From NCBI GenBank assembly GCA_963793305.1, contig CAWBZV010000005.1:320001-384000 (forward strand): a DNA stretch of 64,000 nucleotides, given 5' to 3'. Below are positions 33,986 to 45,413 of this stretch, piece by piece. Both the position numbers and the translations under genes were made by a program. Under the pieces are notes generated by a model. That model worked only from the letters and a program-made list of their open reading frames with translations, did not search any database and was not told the origin of the DNA. Each line of letters opens with the position of its first letter. Position 1 is the first letter of the stretch. The stretch is from an uncultured Gemmatimonadales bacterium. GTDB lineage: Bacteria > Gemmatimonadota > Gemmatimonadetes > Gemmatimonadales > Gemmatimonadaceae.

Positions 33986-34148
33986 ACTCTCCGAACCGTT
34001 CGGTGACCTGTGGCGAAGCGCCCGTAACACATCGAGGAGCTTGTCGTTCTGGGGACCGAAAGGACAGTTGCAGGGCAGTCACAATCGTGTACCGGAGGAA
34101 AGCTTGCCCGTGCTGGCTCGACCGTCAACTGCGGCGCTAGGTTTTGTG

Positions 34149-34364
34149 ATGGTGTCACTCCGCGCGTACGTCAACGGGGCCGCCGTTATAGTGCCGCCTG
34201 GTGGAACGGCGCTGGACGCCGTTCGCGCGGCTGATCCGTCAGCGGCTGATGCGGTCGAGCGACAGGAGCTGGTCATTACTGACAGCCGGGGTCTGCCCAC
34301 CGATCCCAAGACCCCCGCTGCGATGGGGTCGATCTTTCGGCTCATTCCCGCCCGGCCGCGCTAA
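34149..34364 (+). CDS. Small hypothetical protein, possibly beta-grasp fold
   Basis: VNGAAVIVPPGGTALDAV; abuts add start. Confidence 0.6.
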   Translation: MVSLRAYVNGAAVIVPPGGTALDAVRAADPSAADAVERQELVITDSRGLPTDPKTPAAMGSIFRLIPARPR

Positions 34365-35387
34365 GTGGTCACACGGGACTGGCTCCGCCGACTGCCGAAG
34401 GCCGAGCTCCACTGTCATTTGGATGGCTCCCTGCGTCCATCAACGCTGTTGGAGCTCGCGCGCGAACATGGCGTGCCGATTCCGGCCGGCGATGCCGAAG
34501 GCGTCAGGCGCTACATGCGAGTAGCGAACGCGCACAATCTCGAGGAATATCTCGCCCGTTTCGCGACGACTGTCGCAGTCCTCCAACACGCCTCATCGCT
34601 CGAGCGCGCCGCGTATGAGCTGGTCGAGGATGCGGCCCGCGATGGCGTACGCTACATCGAAGTCCGGAACGCGCCGATCCTCAACACGCGCGCCGGTCTA
34701 TCGCTTGTCGAAGTCGTCGAGGCGATGATCCGCGGTCTCCAGCGCGGCGAGCAAGTCCACGGCGTCATCGCGCGAGCGATCATTATCGCGCTCCGCCACA
34801 TGCCGCCGTCGACCTCGATGGAGATCGCCGAGCTCGCATCGGCATTTCTCGGCAACGGCGTCGTGGCGTTCGATCTCGCCGGCGCCGAGGCCGGGTACCC
34901 CGCGGCCGACCACGCCGCGGCGTTCCTCTATGCGCGTGAACGTGACCTGGCGTGCACCTGCCACGCGGGCGAAGGCGACGGCCCGCTTTCCGTACGCCAA
35001 GCCGTCCATCGCTGCGGCGCGCACCGGATAGGCCACGCCACTCGGCTGATCGAGGATCCGTCGCTGACGGAGTTCGTGAACGACCGTCGCATCCCGCTCG
35101 AGATCTGTCTCACCAGCAATGTCCAGACTCGCGTGGCCAGCACGTACGCCGAGCATCCGCTGCGGCGCTACGTCGACCTGGGGCTCAGCGTCGTGCTCAA
35201 CACGGACAATCGCCTGATGAGCGATACGACCCTCACCGACGAGTACGAGCACGCGGCGACCGAGGTCGGTCTCACGCCCGACGAACTGTCGGCGATCGCG
35301 CTCAACGGGTTCGAGTCCGCCTTCCTCCCGTGGGCCGAGCGACAGGCGCTCGTCGCGCGTATGCGCGCCGAGATCGCCGCACTATGA
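34365..35387 (+). CDS. add: Adenosine deaminase
   Basis: LPKAELHCHLDGS, FDLAGAE, TCHAGE, RIGH, CLTSN, NTDN. Confidence 0.96.
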   Translation: MVTRDWLRRLPKAELHCHLDGSLRPSTLLELAREHGVPIPAGDAEGVRRYMRVANAHNLEEYLARFATTVAVLQHASSLERAAYELVEDAARDGVRYIEVRNAPILNTRAGLSLVEVVEAMIRGLQRGEQVHGVIARAIIIALRHMPPSTSMEIAELASAFLGNGVVAFDLAGAEAGYPAADHAAAFLYARERDLACTCHAGEGDGPLSVRQAVHRCGAHRIGHATRLIEDPSLTEFVNDRRIPLEICLTSNVQTRVASTYAEHPLRRYVDLGLSVVLNTDNRLMSDTTLTDEYEHAATEVGLTPDELSAIALNGFESAFLPWAERQALVARMRAEIAAL

Positions 35388-35464
35388 GCTCGGCGGAGCC
35401 GAGCTCTGGCCAACCGACCAGTCGAGCAGCGCTTGCGCTGCGTCGACGCGCGGCGGAGCCGCGC
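35384..35464 (+). repeat. Three-hairpin in-frame repeat, copy A
   Basis: GAGCTCGGC-GGA-GCCGAGCTC ... GACCAGTCGA-GCAGCGC-TT-GCGCTGC-GTCGAC-GCGCGGC-GGA-GCCGCGC. Confidence 0.9.
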
Positions 35465-36241
35465 GATAGCATCACGCGCGCCGCCGCGGCGATACGCTCC
35501 TGCTGTGACGCGACCGCTCCATCGATCGGCATCATCCTCGGCTCCGGACTCGGCGGCCTCGTCTCGCACATCGAACACGCCAAGCGCGTCTCGTTCTCCG
35601 AGCTGCCCGGCCTCCCGGTGCCCGCGACGCCCGGTCACGCCGGTGCATTCGTGTACGGCATGCTCTGCGACCGCGAAATCGTCGCCGTCGCGGGGCGGCT
35701 GCATCTCTACGAGGGTGTCGACGCCTCGGCGGTCGGCATTCCCATTCGCATCCTGGCCGCCCTCGGTGTCCGCATACTCGTACTGTCGAATGCGGCTGGC
35801 GGGATCCGTCCCGATCTCACCCCCGGCACGCTGATGCTGCTCACCGACCATATCGACCTCACAGGCCGCCCACCATTGGTAGGCAGATCCGCGCCCACAT
35901 ATGACGTTGCGCTAGCCGGAGCAATGCGCGGTGCCGCGTCAGCGGCCCGCGTCATGCTATCAGAGGGAGTGTATGCCGCGATGCTCGGCCCGTCCTATGA
36001 GACTGCCGCTGAGATTCGCATGCTGTCAGCGCTCGGTGCCGATGCGGTGGGGATGTCGACAGTCCCAGAAGCGATCGTCGCGGCCTCGCTGGGCCTCCGC
36101 GTAGCCGCAATCAGCTGCATTACAAACCACGCCACGGGCACGAGTGCCGAGACGCTCAGTCACGCCGAGGTGCTGGCGGTGACGTCCCGGGTGGCGCCAC
36201 AGTTCGAGCGCGTTATTCGCCGTTTCGTAGCGCGGCTATGA
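35384..36241 (+). CDS. Purine-nucleoside phosphorylase (trimeric PNP/XapA family) with repeat-derived N-terminus
   Basis: IILGSGLGG, GHAG, GRLHLYEG, NAAGG, GPSYET, VGMSTVPE. Confidence 0.93.
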   Translation: MSSAEPSSGQPTSRAALALRRRAAEPRDSITRAAAAIRSCCDATAPSIGIILGSGLGGLVSHIEHAKRVSFSELPGLPVPATPGHAGAFVYGMLCDREIVAVAGRLHLYEGVDASAVGIPIRILAALGVRILVLSNAAGGIRPDLTPGTLMLLTDHIDLTGRPPLVGRSAPTYDVALAGAMRGAASAARVMLSEGVYAAMLGPSYETAAEIRMLSALGADAVGMSTVPEAIVAASLGLRVAAISCITNHATGTSAETLSHAEVLAVTSRVAPQFERVIRRFVARL

Positions 36242-36942
36242 ACTCGTGCACGAAGTCGCCGGCCTTTTCGACCGCCGTATCGAGCGACTCGCCGAGCGCC
36301 AGGTTCGCGGCGATGCCCGCCGAGAGCCGGCACCCGGTGCCGTGCGTCTTCACCCGGATGCGCGTTCTCCGAAACCGCCGGACGCCATTCTCGTCGCACA
36401 GGACGTCATCGACGACGTCGCCATCGAGATGCCCCCCTTTGACGAGCACCGCCCGCGCCCCTCGCGCAACGAGCTCGCGCGCCATCGCCTCGGCGTCCCG
36501 CACCGGCGAGCCGAGAAGCGCGGCGGCCTCGCCCAGGTTCGGCGTCACGAGATCCGCCAGCGGCACGAGGCATTTGAGGATGAGGGGGGTCAGGTCGCCG
36601 TGGGCCAACGCATGCCCCGTCCCCGCCACGGTCACCGGATCGAGCACATACGGCCGCAGCCGCCGCTCGGCGATGGCCTCCGCGACCGTCGCGACGATCG
36701 CCGCATTCGCCAGCATCCCGCTCTTTACCGCGTCCACGCGATCGACGGCATTCGATCTGCGCCCGAACGAGCACGGGATCAACCGCCGACCAGGCGATGA
36801 CACCTCCGTCGTTCTGCGCCGTAATAGCGGTAATGGCCGTCGCCCCGCGCACCCGGAACCGGGCGAACGTTGCGAGGTCTGCCTGAATGCCCGCCCCCGC
36901 GCTAGAATCCGATCCGGCGATAGTCAGAACTAGTGAATTCAT
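36213..36942 (-). CDS. thiD: Hydroxymethylpyrimidine/phosphomethylpyrimidine kinase (+1 frameshift near 36751)
   Basis: LTIAGSDSSAGAGIQADL, VKSGML, TPNLGEA, VKGGH, THGTGC. Confidence 0.92.
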
Positions 36943-36948
36943 AACGCA

Positions 36949-37698
36949 TTGAAAATATTAAGCTTAGCTCGCGACATGCGCCGCCGAAAGGCGCGCGAGC
37001 GAACCGGCCGGTTCGTAGCCGAAGGCGTACGAACGGTCGAAGAGCTTCTCCGATCGCCGATCCGGATCAGGGGGGCGCTCGTCTCCCCGTCGCTCGAGCG
37101 GGCGCCAAAGGGCCCCGCGTTGCGCGCCGCGCTGGTCGAGCGCGGCGTCGAGGTGGCCGAAGTCGACGAGCGCGAGTTCGCGAGTGCGGCCGAGACGGAT
37201 TCGCCGCAGGGCATTCTCGCGGTCGCCGATATCCCGGAGCGGTCGCTCGATGACACGATGCTCCCACCCGTCGCGCGCATTCTCGTGCTCGACGGCATCC
37301 AAGATCCGGGGAACGTCGGGACCATCGTGCGCACCGCCGCCGCACTCGGCGTGAGCGCCACGGTTGCGCTTCCCGGAACCGTTGACCTCTGGAACGCGAA
37401 GGTCGTCCGTAGCGCAATGGGGGCCCTGTTCACGCACCAAGCGCTCGCGGTTGCCTGGGAGGCGCTCGAGGCATATCTGACCCGCCACGATGTGCCACTC
37501 TGGTCCGCCGACGCCGGTGGGACGCCTCTCTCGTCGTCCGTCCCCGGTCGCGTTGCCCTCGCGGTCGGAAATGAGGGCGGGGGGGTAAGCGATTGTGTTC
37601 GCCAGCGAAGCGAGCGTTTGATTTCAATTCCCATTGAGAAAGTCGATTCACTCAATGTTGCTGTAGCCACCGGAATTCTCTTGTACTCTTTGCGATGA
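36949..37698 (+). CDS. TrmH/SpoU family RNA methyltransferase
   Basis: IQDPGNVGTIVRT, KVVRSAMGA, VGNEGGG, DSLNVAVA. Confidence 0.93.
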   Translation: MKILSLARDMRRRKARERTGRFVAEGVRTVEELLRSPIRIRGALVSPSLERAPKGPALRAALVERGVEVAEVDEREFASAAETDSPQGILAVADIPERSLDDTMLPPVARILVLDGIQDPGNVGTIVRTAAALGVSATVALPGTVDLWNAKVVRSAMGALFTHQALAVAWEALEAYLTRHDVPLWSADAGGTPLSSSVPGRVALAVGNEGGGVSDCVRQRSERLISIPIEKVDSLNVAVATGILLYSLR

Positions 37699-38534
37699 TC
37701 CCTCCGGCACTGTTGCTGACGTTCGTATTCCTGACCGGGGCCGCGGTCGGCTCGTTCTTGAACGTGTGCATATCGCGCTGGCCGCTCAACCTGTCGGTCG
37801 TCCGCCCGCGCTCCCGCTGTCCTCGCTGCGAGCGCTCGATCACGTGGTACGAGAACGTGCCGATCGTGAGTTGGCTCGTGCTGCGCGGCAAGTGTCGTGG
37901 ATGCCGGCTGCCGATCTCGATCCAGTACCCGGCCGTGGAGCTCGGGATCGCGCTCCTGTGGGTCGCGGCCTTCGCGGCGTTTTCGTCCGATTGGTTCCTT
38001 GCGCTCCGCGTCGCGGTATTTACGACGGTGCTCGTCGGCATCGCGGTGACGGACCTCAAGCACTATCTGATCCCCGACGGATTCACGGTCTTCGGTCTCC
38101 TGTGGCTGTTCACGACGTCGCTGGCGGCCGCGATGATGGGCGACCCTGGCGTGTTCGCGTCCCCGTACGATTCGCTGATCGGCGCCTGCGTGGGCGCCGG
38201 CGCGATCTCGATTATTGGATGGTTGGGGGAAGTGGCGTTGGGGAAAGAGGCGATGGGATTCGGCGATGTCACGCTCATGGCGGTCGTCGGCGCCGCGCTG
38301 GGACCGCCGCGCACCTTGCTCACGATTTTCGTCGGCGCCGCCGTCGGCGCGCTGGTCTTCGTCGTGTTCGTGGCGCCGATCGTCTGGCTGCGACGGCGTC
38401 GCGCCGGGGCCGGCGGTGCCGCGGAATTGCCGCTCGTGCCGTTCGGCGTTTTCCTTGCGCCGGCCGCGCTCTTCACGTTGCTTAAAGGTGATGCCGCTAT
38501 CGCGTGGTATCTGTCACGCCTCGGGCTCCGCTGA
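37695..38534 (+). CDS. pilD: Type IV prepilin peptidase (A24)
   Basis: GSFLNVCI, RSRCPRC, GKCRGC, MGFGDV, PFGVFL. Confidence 0.93.
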   Translation: MIPPALLLTFVFLTGAAVGSFLNVCISRWPLNLSVVRPRSRCPRCERSITWYENVPIVSWLVLRGKCRGCRLPISIQYPAVELGIALLWVAAFAAFSSDWFLALRVAVFTTVLVGIAVTDLKHYLIPDGFTVFGLLWLFTTSLAAAMMGDPGVFASPYDSLIGACVGAGAISIIGWLGEVALGKEAMGFGDVTLMAVVGAALGPPRTLLTIFVGAAVGALVFVVFVAPIVWLRRRRAGAGGAAELPLVPFGVFLAPAALFTLLKGDAAIAWYLSRLGLR

Positions 38535-38542
38535 GTGATTAA

Positions 38543-38638
38543 CGCCGCTCCGCGGCGCGTCGATGCACCGCTACGCGCTGCTCGACTGGTCGGTTCTCCT
38601 CCGGGGGGCCAACCCCAACTACGCCCCCCGGACCCCCC
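38543..38638 (-). repeat. Intergenic inverted member of the hairpin repeat family (copy D) joined to a G/C-tract hairpin module
   Basis: Minus strand GGGGGGTCCGGGGGGC...GCCCCCCGG-AGGAGAACC-GACCAGTCGA-GCAGCGC-GTA-GCGGTGC-ATCGACG-CGCCGC-GGA-GCGGCG. Confidence 0.85.
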
Positions 38639-38655
38639 AAGGCCTTAGATTCCAC

Positions 38656-39723
38656 GTGATCAATACCATTCTTGACCGCTTCACGCGCGACCTCACGGCC
38701 GACGCTCGCGCGGGACGGCTGGAGCCGATCCGCTGCCGCGCGGCCGAGACGTCGCGGCTGATCGACATTCTGCTGCGATACGAGAAGAACAATGCGGCGC
38801 TCGTAGGCCCCGCCGGCGTCGGCAAGACCGCGATCGTCGAAGGCTTGGTCGAGCGGATCGCCGCCGGCGACGTCCCGGTCTCGCTCCGCGGCGTCCGCGT
38901 GCTCGCGCTCGATCATGTGGCCCTCCTCGGCGGCACGATGTACCGCGGCCAGTACGAGGAGCGCGTGAACGCGATCGTCGATGGCGTCACCGCGGCCGGT
39001 GACGTGATCCTGTTCGTCGATGAGCTGCACAATCTCATTGGCCAGGGCACGGCGATGGGCGCGGCGATGGACGCCGGCAACATGCTCAAGCCCGCGCTCG
39101 TGCGGGGGGCGTTCCGCGTCATCGGCGCGACGACGATCACCGAGTATACGCGGTGGATCTGCGGGGATCCGGCGCTCGAGCGCCGGTTCCAGAAGATCGA
39201 CGTGCGCGAGCTGAATACCGAGGAGACGCTCGACATTCTCCGCGCGCGGGTCGACCGGTTGGAGCGCCACCACAACGTCGTGATCGCGGACGACGCCGTG
39301 CTCGCGGCGGTCCAGCTCACGGATCAGTACATCATCGATAGACCCCGGCCCGACCGGGCTATCGATGCACTCGATGAGGCCTGCGCGCACGCGCACGCCG
39401 TCGCCGAGTATTCACCGGCGACGCTCGCCATGATCGAACGCAAGCGGGCGACGCCCACTCCCGAGCCCACGCCCGCACCAAATAGAGAAGGTCTGGACCT
39501 GCTGGATCGCTTAGGCGCAGAGCTCGAGTACGTCTTTGGTGGCACAAACGCCGACGCTCCCGTCGAGATGCGTGGAGGGGATCGCACAGTTCCGAGACCC
39601 ACCGCTGAGCTCAACGCCGAGCTGAGACTGCGCCTCACCGAAGATGGCATTGTCGTCCGAGGCGTCGACATTGCCCGAGCCGTAGCGGTGGCGACCAATC
39701 AACGCGTTGTGTGGCCCGCATGA
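38656..39723 (+). CDS. Truncated ClpA/B/C-like AAA+ ATPase (NBD1 only)
   Basis: KNNAALVGPAGVGKTAIVEGL, YRGQYEER, LFVDELH, GATT, DPALERRFQ, PDRAIDALDEA; no N-domain or NBD2. Confidence 0.88.
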   Translation: MINTILDRFTRDLTADARAGRLEPIRCRAAETSRLIDILLRYEKNNAALVGPAGVGKTAIVEGLVERIAAGDVPVSLRGVRVLALDHVALLGGTMYRGQYEERVNAIVDGVTAAGDVILFVDELHNLIGQGTAMGAAMDAGNMLKPALVRGAFRVIGATTITEYTRWICGDPALERRFQKIDVRELNTEETLDILRARVDRLERHHNVVIADDAVLAAVQLTDQYIIDRPRPDRAIDALDEACAHAHAVAEYSPATLAMIERKRATPTPEPTPAPNREGLDLLDRLGAELEYVFGGTNADAPVEMRGGDRTVPRPTAELNAELRLRLTEDGIVVRGVDIARAVAVATNQRVVWPA

Positions 39724-40979
39724 TCACGCGCCTCCTGATCGCCGTTGTCGTGCTAGCCCTGGCCGCTGTGACCTGGCGAGCCGCGGCGCACGCGCACGAG
39801 ACCGCGGGGCACTCCGATCTCACCGCGCGAGTTGCCGCCACGGTCCCAAAAGTGGAGCGCGCCGTAGGCCTCCCGTTCAAAAGCCCACCGAAAGTCGAGG
39901 TTCGCTCAAAGGATCAGGTGCGAGCCTTTCTGGAGCGGCAATTCGACGATCCGCGCCAGGCCCGCGAGCTCGCCGGCACGGCCGCCGCGTTCAAGCTCCT
40001 CGGGCTGATCCCTGACTCGCTCGACCTCCGCAAGGAGTCCGAGAACCTGCTGACCGAGCAGATCGCCGGATTCTACGACCCGAAGACGAAGGTCCTGTAC
40101 GTGATCGCGGGCGAGACCGACGAGATGCTCGATCAAGTCGTGCCGCACGAGCTGGTCCACGCGCTGCAGGACCAGTACGTCAATCTCGACTCGATCGAGA
40201 ACGCCGAGGGCGATGACGACCGGTTGCTGGCCGCCCAGGCGGTCTTCGAGGGCCAGGCCGTCTACGAGCAGCTCATCATGACCGGCGGTCCGGGTATCGT
40301 CGCGCGGCTCGATGATATGTGGGACAAGCTGCGCGAGACGATTCGCGACAACCGCTCCACCATGCCGGAGTTCGCGAAAGCGCCGCCGATCATTCAGGAA
40401 GTCACGATCTTCCCGTACTTGAGTGGCCTCGAGTTCATCAAGCGGTACGAGGATCACTATCCCAAGAAGGTGCCCTACGCGGACCTCCCGACGTTGACGC
40501 AGCAGGTCCTGAGCGAGACCGCCTTTTTCGGGCAGCCCCGCGCGACGCCGTTGCGGGTCACATTGCCCAAGCCTTCCACGGGCACCGTGCGCTACGAGAA
40601 TACCCTCGGCGAATTCCAGACCCGCGTCTATCTCAACGAGCAGCTCAACGACCAAAACGCCGCGGTGCGCGGCGCGGCCGGTTGGGCCGGCGATCGCTAT
40701 CAGGTGCTCGATGTGCCGGGCGGTACGGCCATGATTTGGGCGTCTATCTGGGACAACCCCGTCGACGCCGCGCAGTTCGTCGATTTGCTGTCTCAGACAG
40801 CGACCGCCCGGTTTGGTGCCGCGAAGTCACACGGGACATGGACGCGCGGCACGAGAACGGTGACCATTACGCCGATCGAGATCCACGGTCGTCCGGGCGC
40901 GCTCTATGTCGATACCCCCCGCCCGGTCGGACACGCGTTGGTCGACACGACGGCGCTCGCCGCGGTGCCCGAGAAATGA
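39720..40979 (+). CDS. Exported protein with HExxH zinc-metallopeptidase-like motif
   Basis: Signal peptide; IAGFYDP, HELVHALQDQ, EGQA, FPY..G, AAGWAGD. Confidence 0.75.
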   Translation: MITRLLIAVVVLALAAVTWRAAAHAHETAGHSDLTARVAATVPKVERAVGLPFKSPPKVEVRSKDQVRAFLERQFDDPRQARELAGTAAAFKLLGLIPDSLDLRKESENLLTEQIAGFYDPKTKVLYVIAGETDEMLDQVVPHELVHALQDQYVNLDSIENAEGDDDRLLAAQAVFEGQAVYEQLIMTGGPGIVARLDDMWDKLRETIRDNRSTMPEFAKAPPIIQEVTIFPYLSGLEFIKRYEDHYPKKVPYADLPTLTQQVLSETAFFGQPRATPLRVTLPKPSTGTVRYENTLGEFQTRVYLNEQLNDQNAAVRGAAGWAGDRYQVLDVPGGTAMIWASIWDNPVDAAQFVDLLSQTATARFGAAKSHGTWTRGTRTVTITPIEIHGRPGALYVDTPRPVGHALVDTTALAAVPEK

Positions 40980-41359
40980 CGCAGCTCCAGCCGCTCCATA
41001 TCGCCGCCACGTTCACGTTCGCCAATGGCGAGGTCATAGAGGGCATCGTGCTCGCGAGCTTCGACACTCCGCCGGATCCCCAATCGGGCATCGCGCCGGG
41101 GAAAAGCATCAACAAGCCGATCTCACTGAGAAAGCCAATCGACGAGTCGTCCGAGAAGCTCAGCGCGGCGATGAAGCAGGGGCAGCGACTCCGCACCGTC
41201 GTGATCACGGCGGATCGCTTGCAGTATACGCTGACCGGGGTCTTCGTCCGCGAGATCACCCAACGCCCGGGCCGGACCGAAGAAGTCGCCATCGAGTGTG
41301 AGCTGATCAAGCAGCAGCATCTCCTCGGCGTCCCGACGCGAGTGCTGAAGCCGTTCTAG
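40976..41359 (+). CDS. Hcp-like (T6SS tube-type) small protein
   Basis: PISLRKPIDESSEKLSAAMKQGQRL..V...YTLTGVFV....EEVAI pattern resembles Hcp; ATGA-coupled to upstream gene. Confidence 0.55.
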   Translation: MTQLQPLHIAATFTFANGEVIEGIVLASFDTPPDPQSGIAPGKSINKPISLRKPIDESSEKLSAAMKQGQRLRTVVITADRLQYTLTGVFVREITQRPGRTEEVAIECELIKQQHLLGVPTRVLKPF

Positions 41360-42917
41360 AGCCCAGCCAGTCCGAGCAGGTGTGTGAGCCCGAACAGGGC
41401 GACGGCGATCAGGCCACCGAGCACGTAGCCGGTGCGAACAATCAGCCGCAGCTCACGATCAATGACGCCGCGGATCAGCTGCTCCAATCGGTCCTGATCG
41501 AAGTTGAGCACCTTGCGCTCGACCATCTCCTGCACGTGCAGTCGCTCGACGACGGCGGGAATCTGCGACTCGATCCAATTCCAGATCGCTGGCGACATGA
41601 TCCCCGCAAACCGCGCCGCCGCATCCGCGGGCAACCATCGCCCGAGCTTCCCAATCGGCCGCTCCAGTAGCCTGTTCACGGCCTGCTGCGCCGCATTGTG
41701 GATGATGTCAGACGCACGCGGCGAGGCCGCGGCGCGCACGACCCACTCGGCGATCATTTCGTCATTGACGAGGCCGAGGAGCTCCCCCCACGTCCGAGCC
41801 TGCACGCGCTCCAAGAGCCGCGTGACGCCATTGACCAGAAAGCGGCGGGTCCCCTCGGCGCGGAGCACGCGCAGGAGGTAATCACCAACCGCCCGCTCGA
41901 GCGCCGCCGCGCGCTCGCTGCCGGCGCCTCCGACGACGGCGGCCGCGGGTTGGTGCAGAAACCGCGTAATCGCCTCCTCGACCGATCGCGCGATTTCGTC
42001 CCGCACCGTCGGGTCATCGAGCAGCGTCGCCAGCTGCTCGACCCCATCGCGCTCGAGCGAGTCGATGACCTTGTCGAACGTCCGCTCGGTGACGATGAGC
42101 CGCGCGATGACCCGTTCGTGAAACTGCAGATCGCTCACGAACCGCTGAAACAGCTCATGGAGCGCCGTCCGGATGCGCTCCCGCGCGGCCGGATGCTGCA
42201 GCATCGTGCCCACGCCCGACACAGCCATTGGGAGATACGCGGCGACCGCCCCTTCGACGGTTCGCACGACCGCCGGCGGGACGCGCTCCATCACGGGCGC
42301 GTCCGATGCCAGCAATGTCCCCAGATGCTGCGCCAGCTGCCCGCGCACGAGCGCGTCGAGATCGGGCGACGCCGCGAACTCCTCGGCCCACACCGCCGTG
42401 CGTTCCGCGAGCTCGGCGCGCCGCTCGTCGGTCAACAGCTGGCTGACCGGCCGCTGGTCCAACTCGGCCCGCGCCCGCTCGATAAAGCGCCGCACTTGGC
42501 CGGCAAACGCCGGACTCGCGACATGGCCGGCAATGCGGTCAGCGATAGCGTCCGCCGCCTCGCTGAGCGTCGCTTCGACGTTGGGCCGGGACGATTCCGA
42601 GAGCATGTCGCGCAACGGCCCGCGCTCGGTCTCGAGCAAATCGTTCAGGAAGGCCGTCAGCCGCTCATCGAGTGCGTCTTGTAATCCCGACCGCTTGATC
42701 TCCTCGAGGAGATCGTGCGGGGTCAGCAAGCGTTCGCCAACGGTCTTGCCGACGCTTTTCGCCAGGCGCACTTGATTTTTGGGGATCGCGCCCTGAAACC
42801 CCAGAATCTTTCGTCGCGGCCGGAAGAGCATCCAGACCGCGACGGTGTCCGAGAACCCGCCCGCGATAGTCCCGATCGCGACCTGGACCGCGAACTGCAG
42901 CCAGGCATTCTGCGCCA

Positions 42918-42918
<1 letters not shown>
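41356..42918 (-). CDS. DUF445 family membrane protein
   Basis: N-terminal AVWMLFRP..GAIPK; C-terminal RELRLIVRTGYVLGGLI. Confidence 0.85.
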
Positions 42919-45377
<2,459 letters not shown>

Positions 45378-45413
45378 TGTCTCAAATCCTAACGGCGAAT
45401 ACGTTTAACGGCT

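Noticed and set aside
38563..38655. N-terminal extension of the Clp-like ATPase starting at ATG 38563
   Set aside because: That ATG lies inside the inverted repeat; Clp-like sequence starts near GTG 38656. Translation of the extension cannot be excluded but is unsupported.
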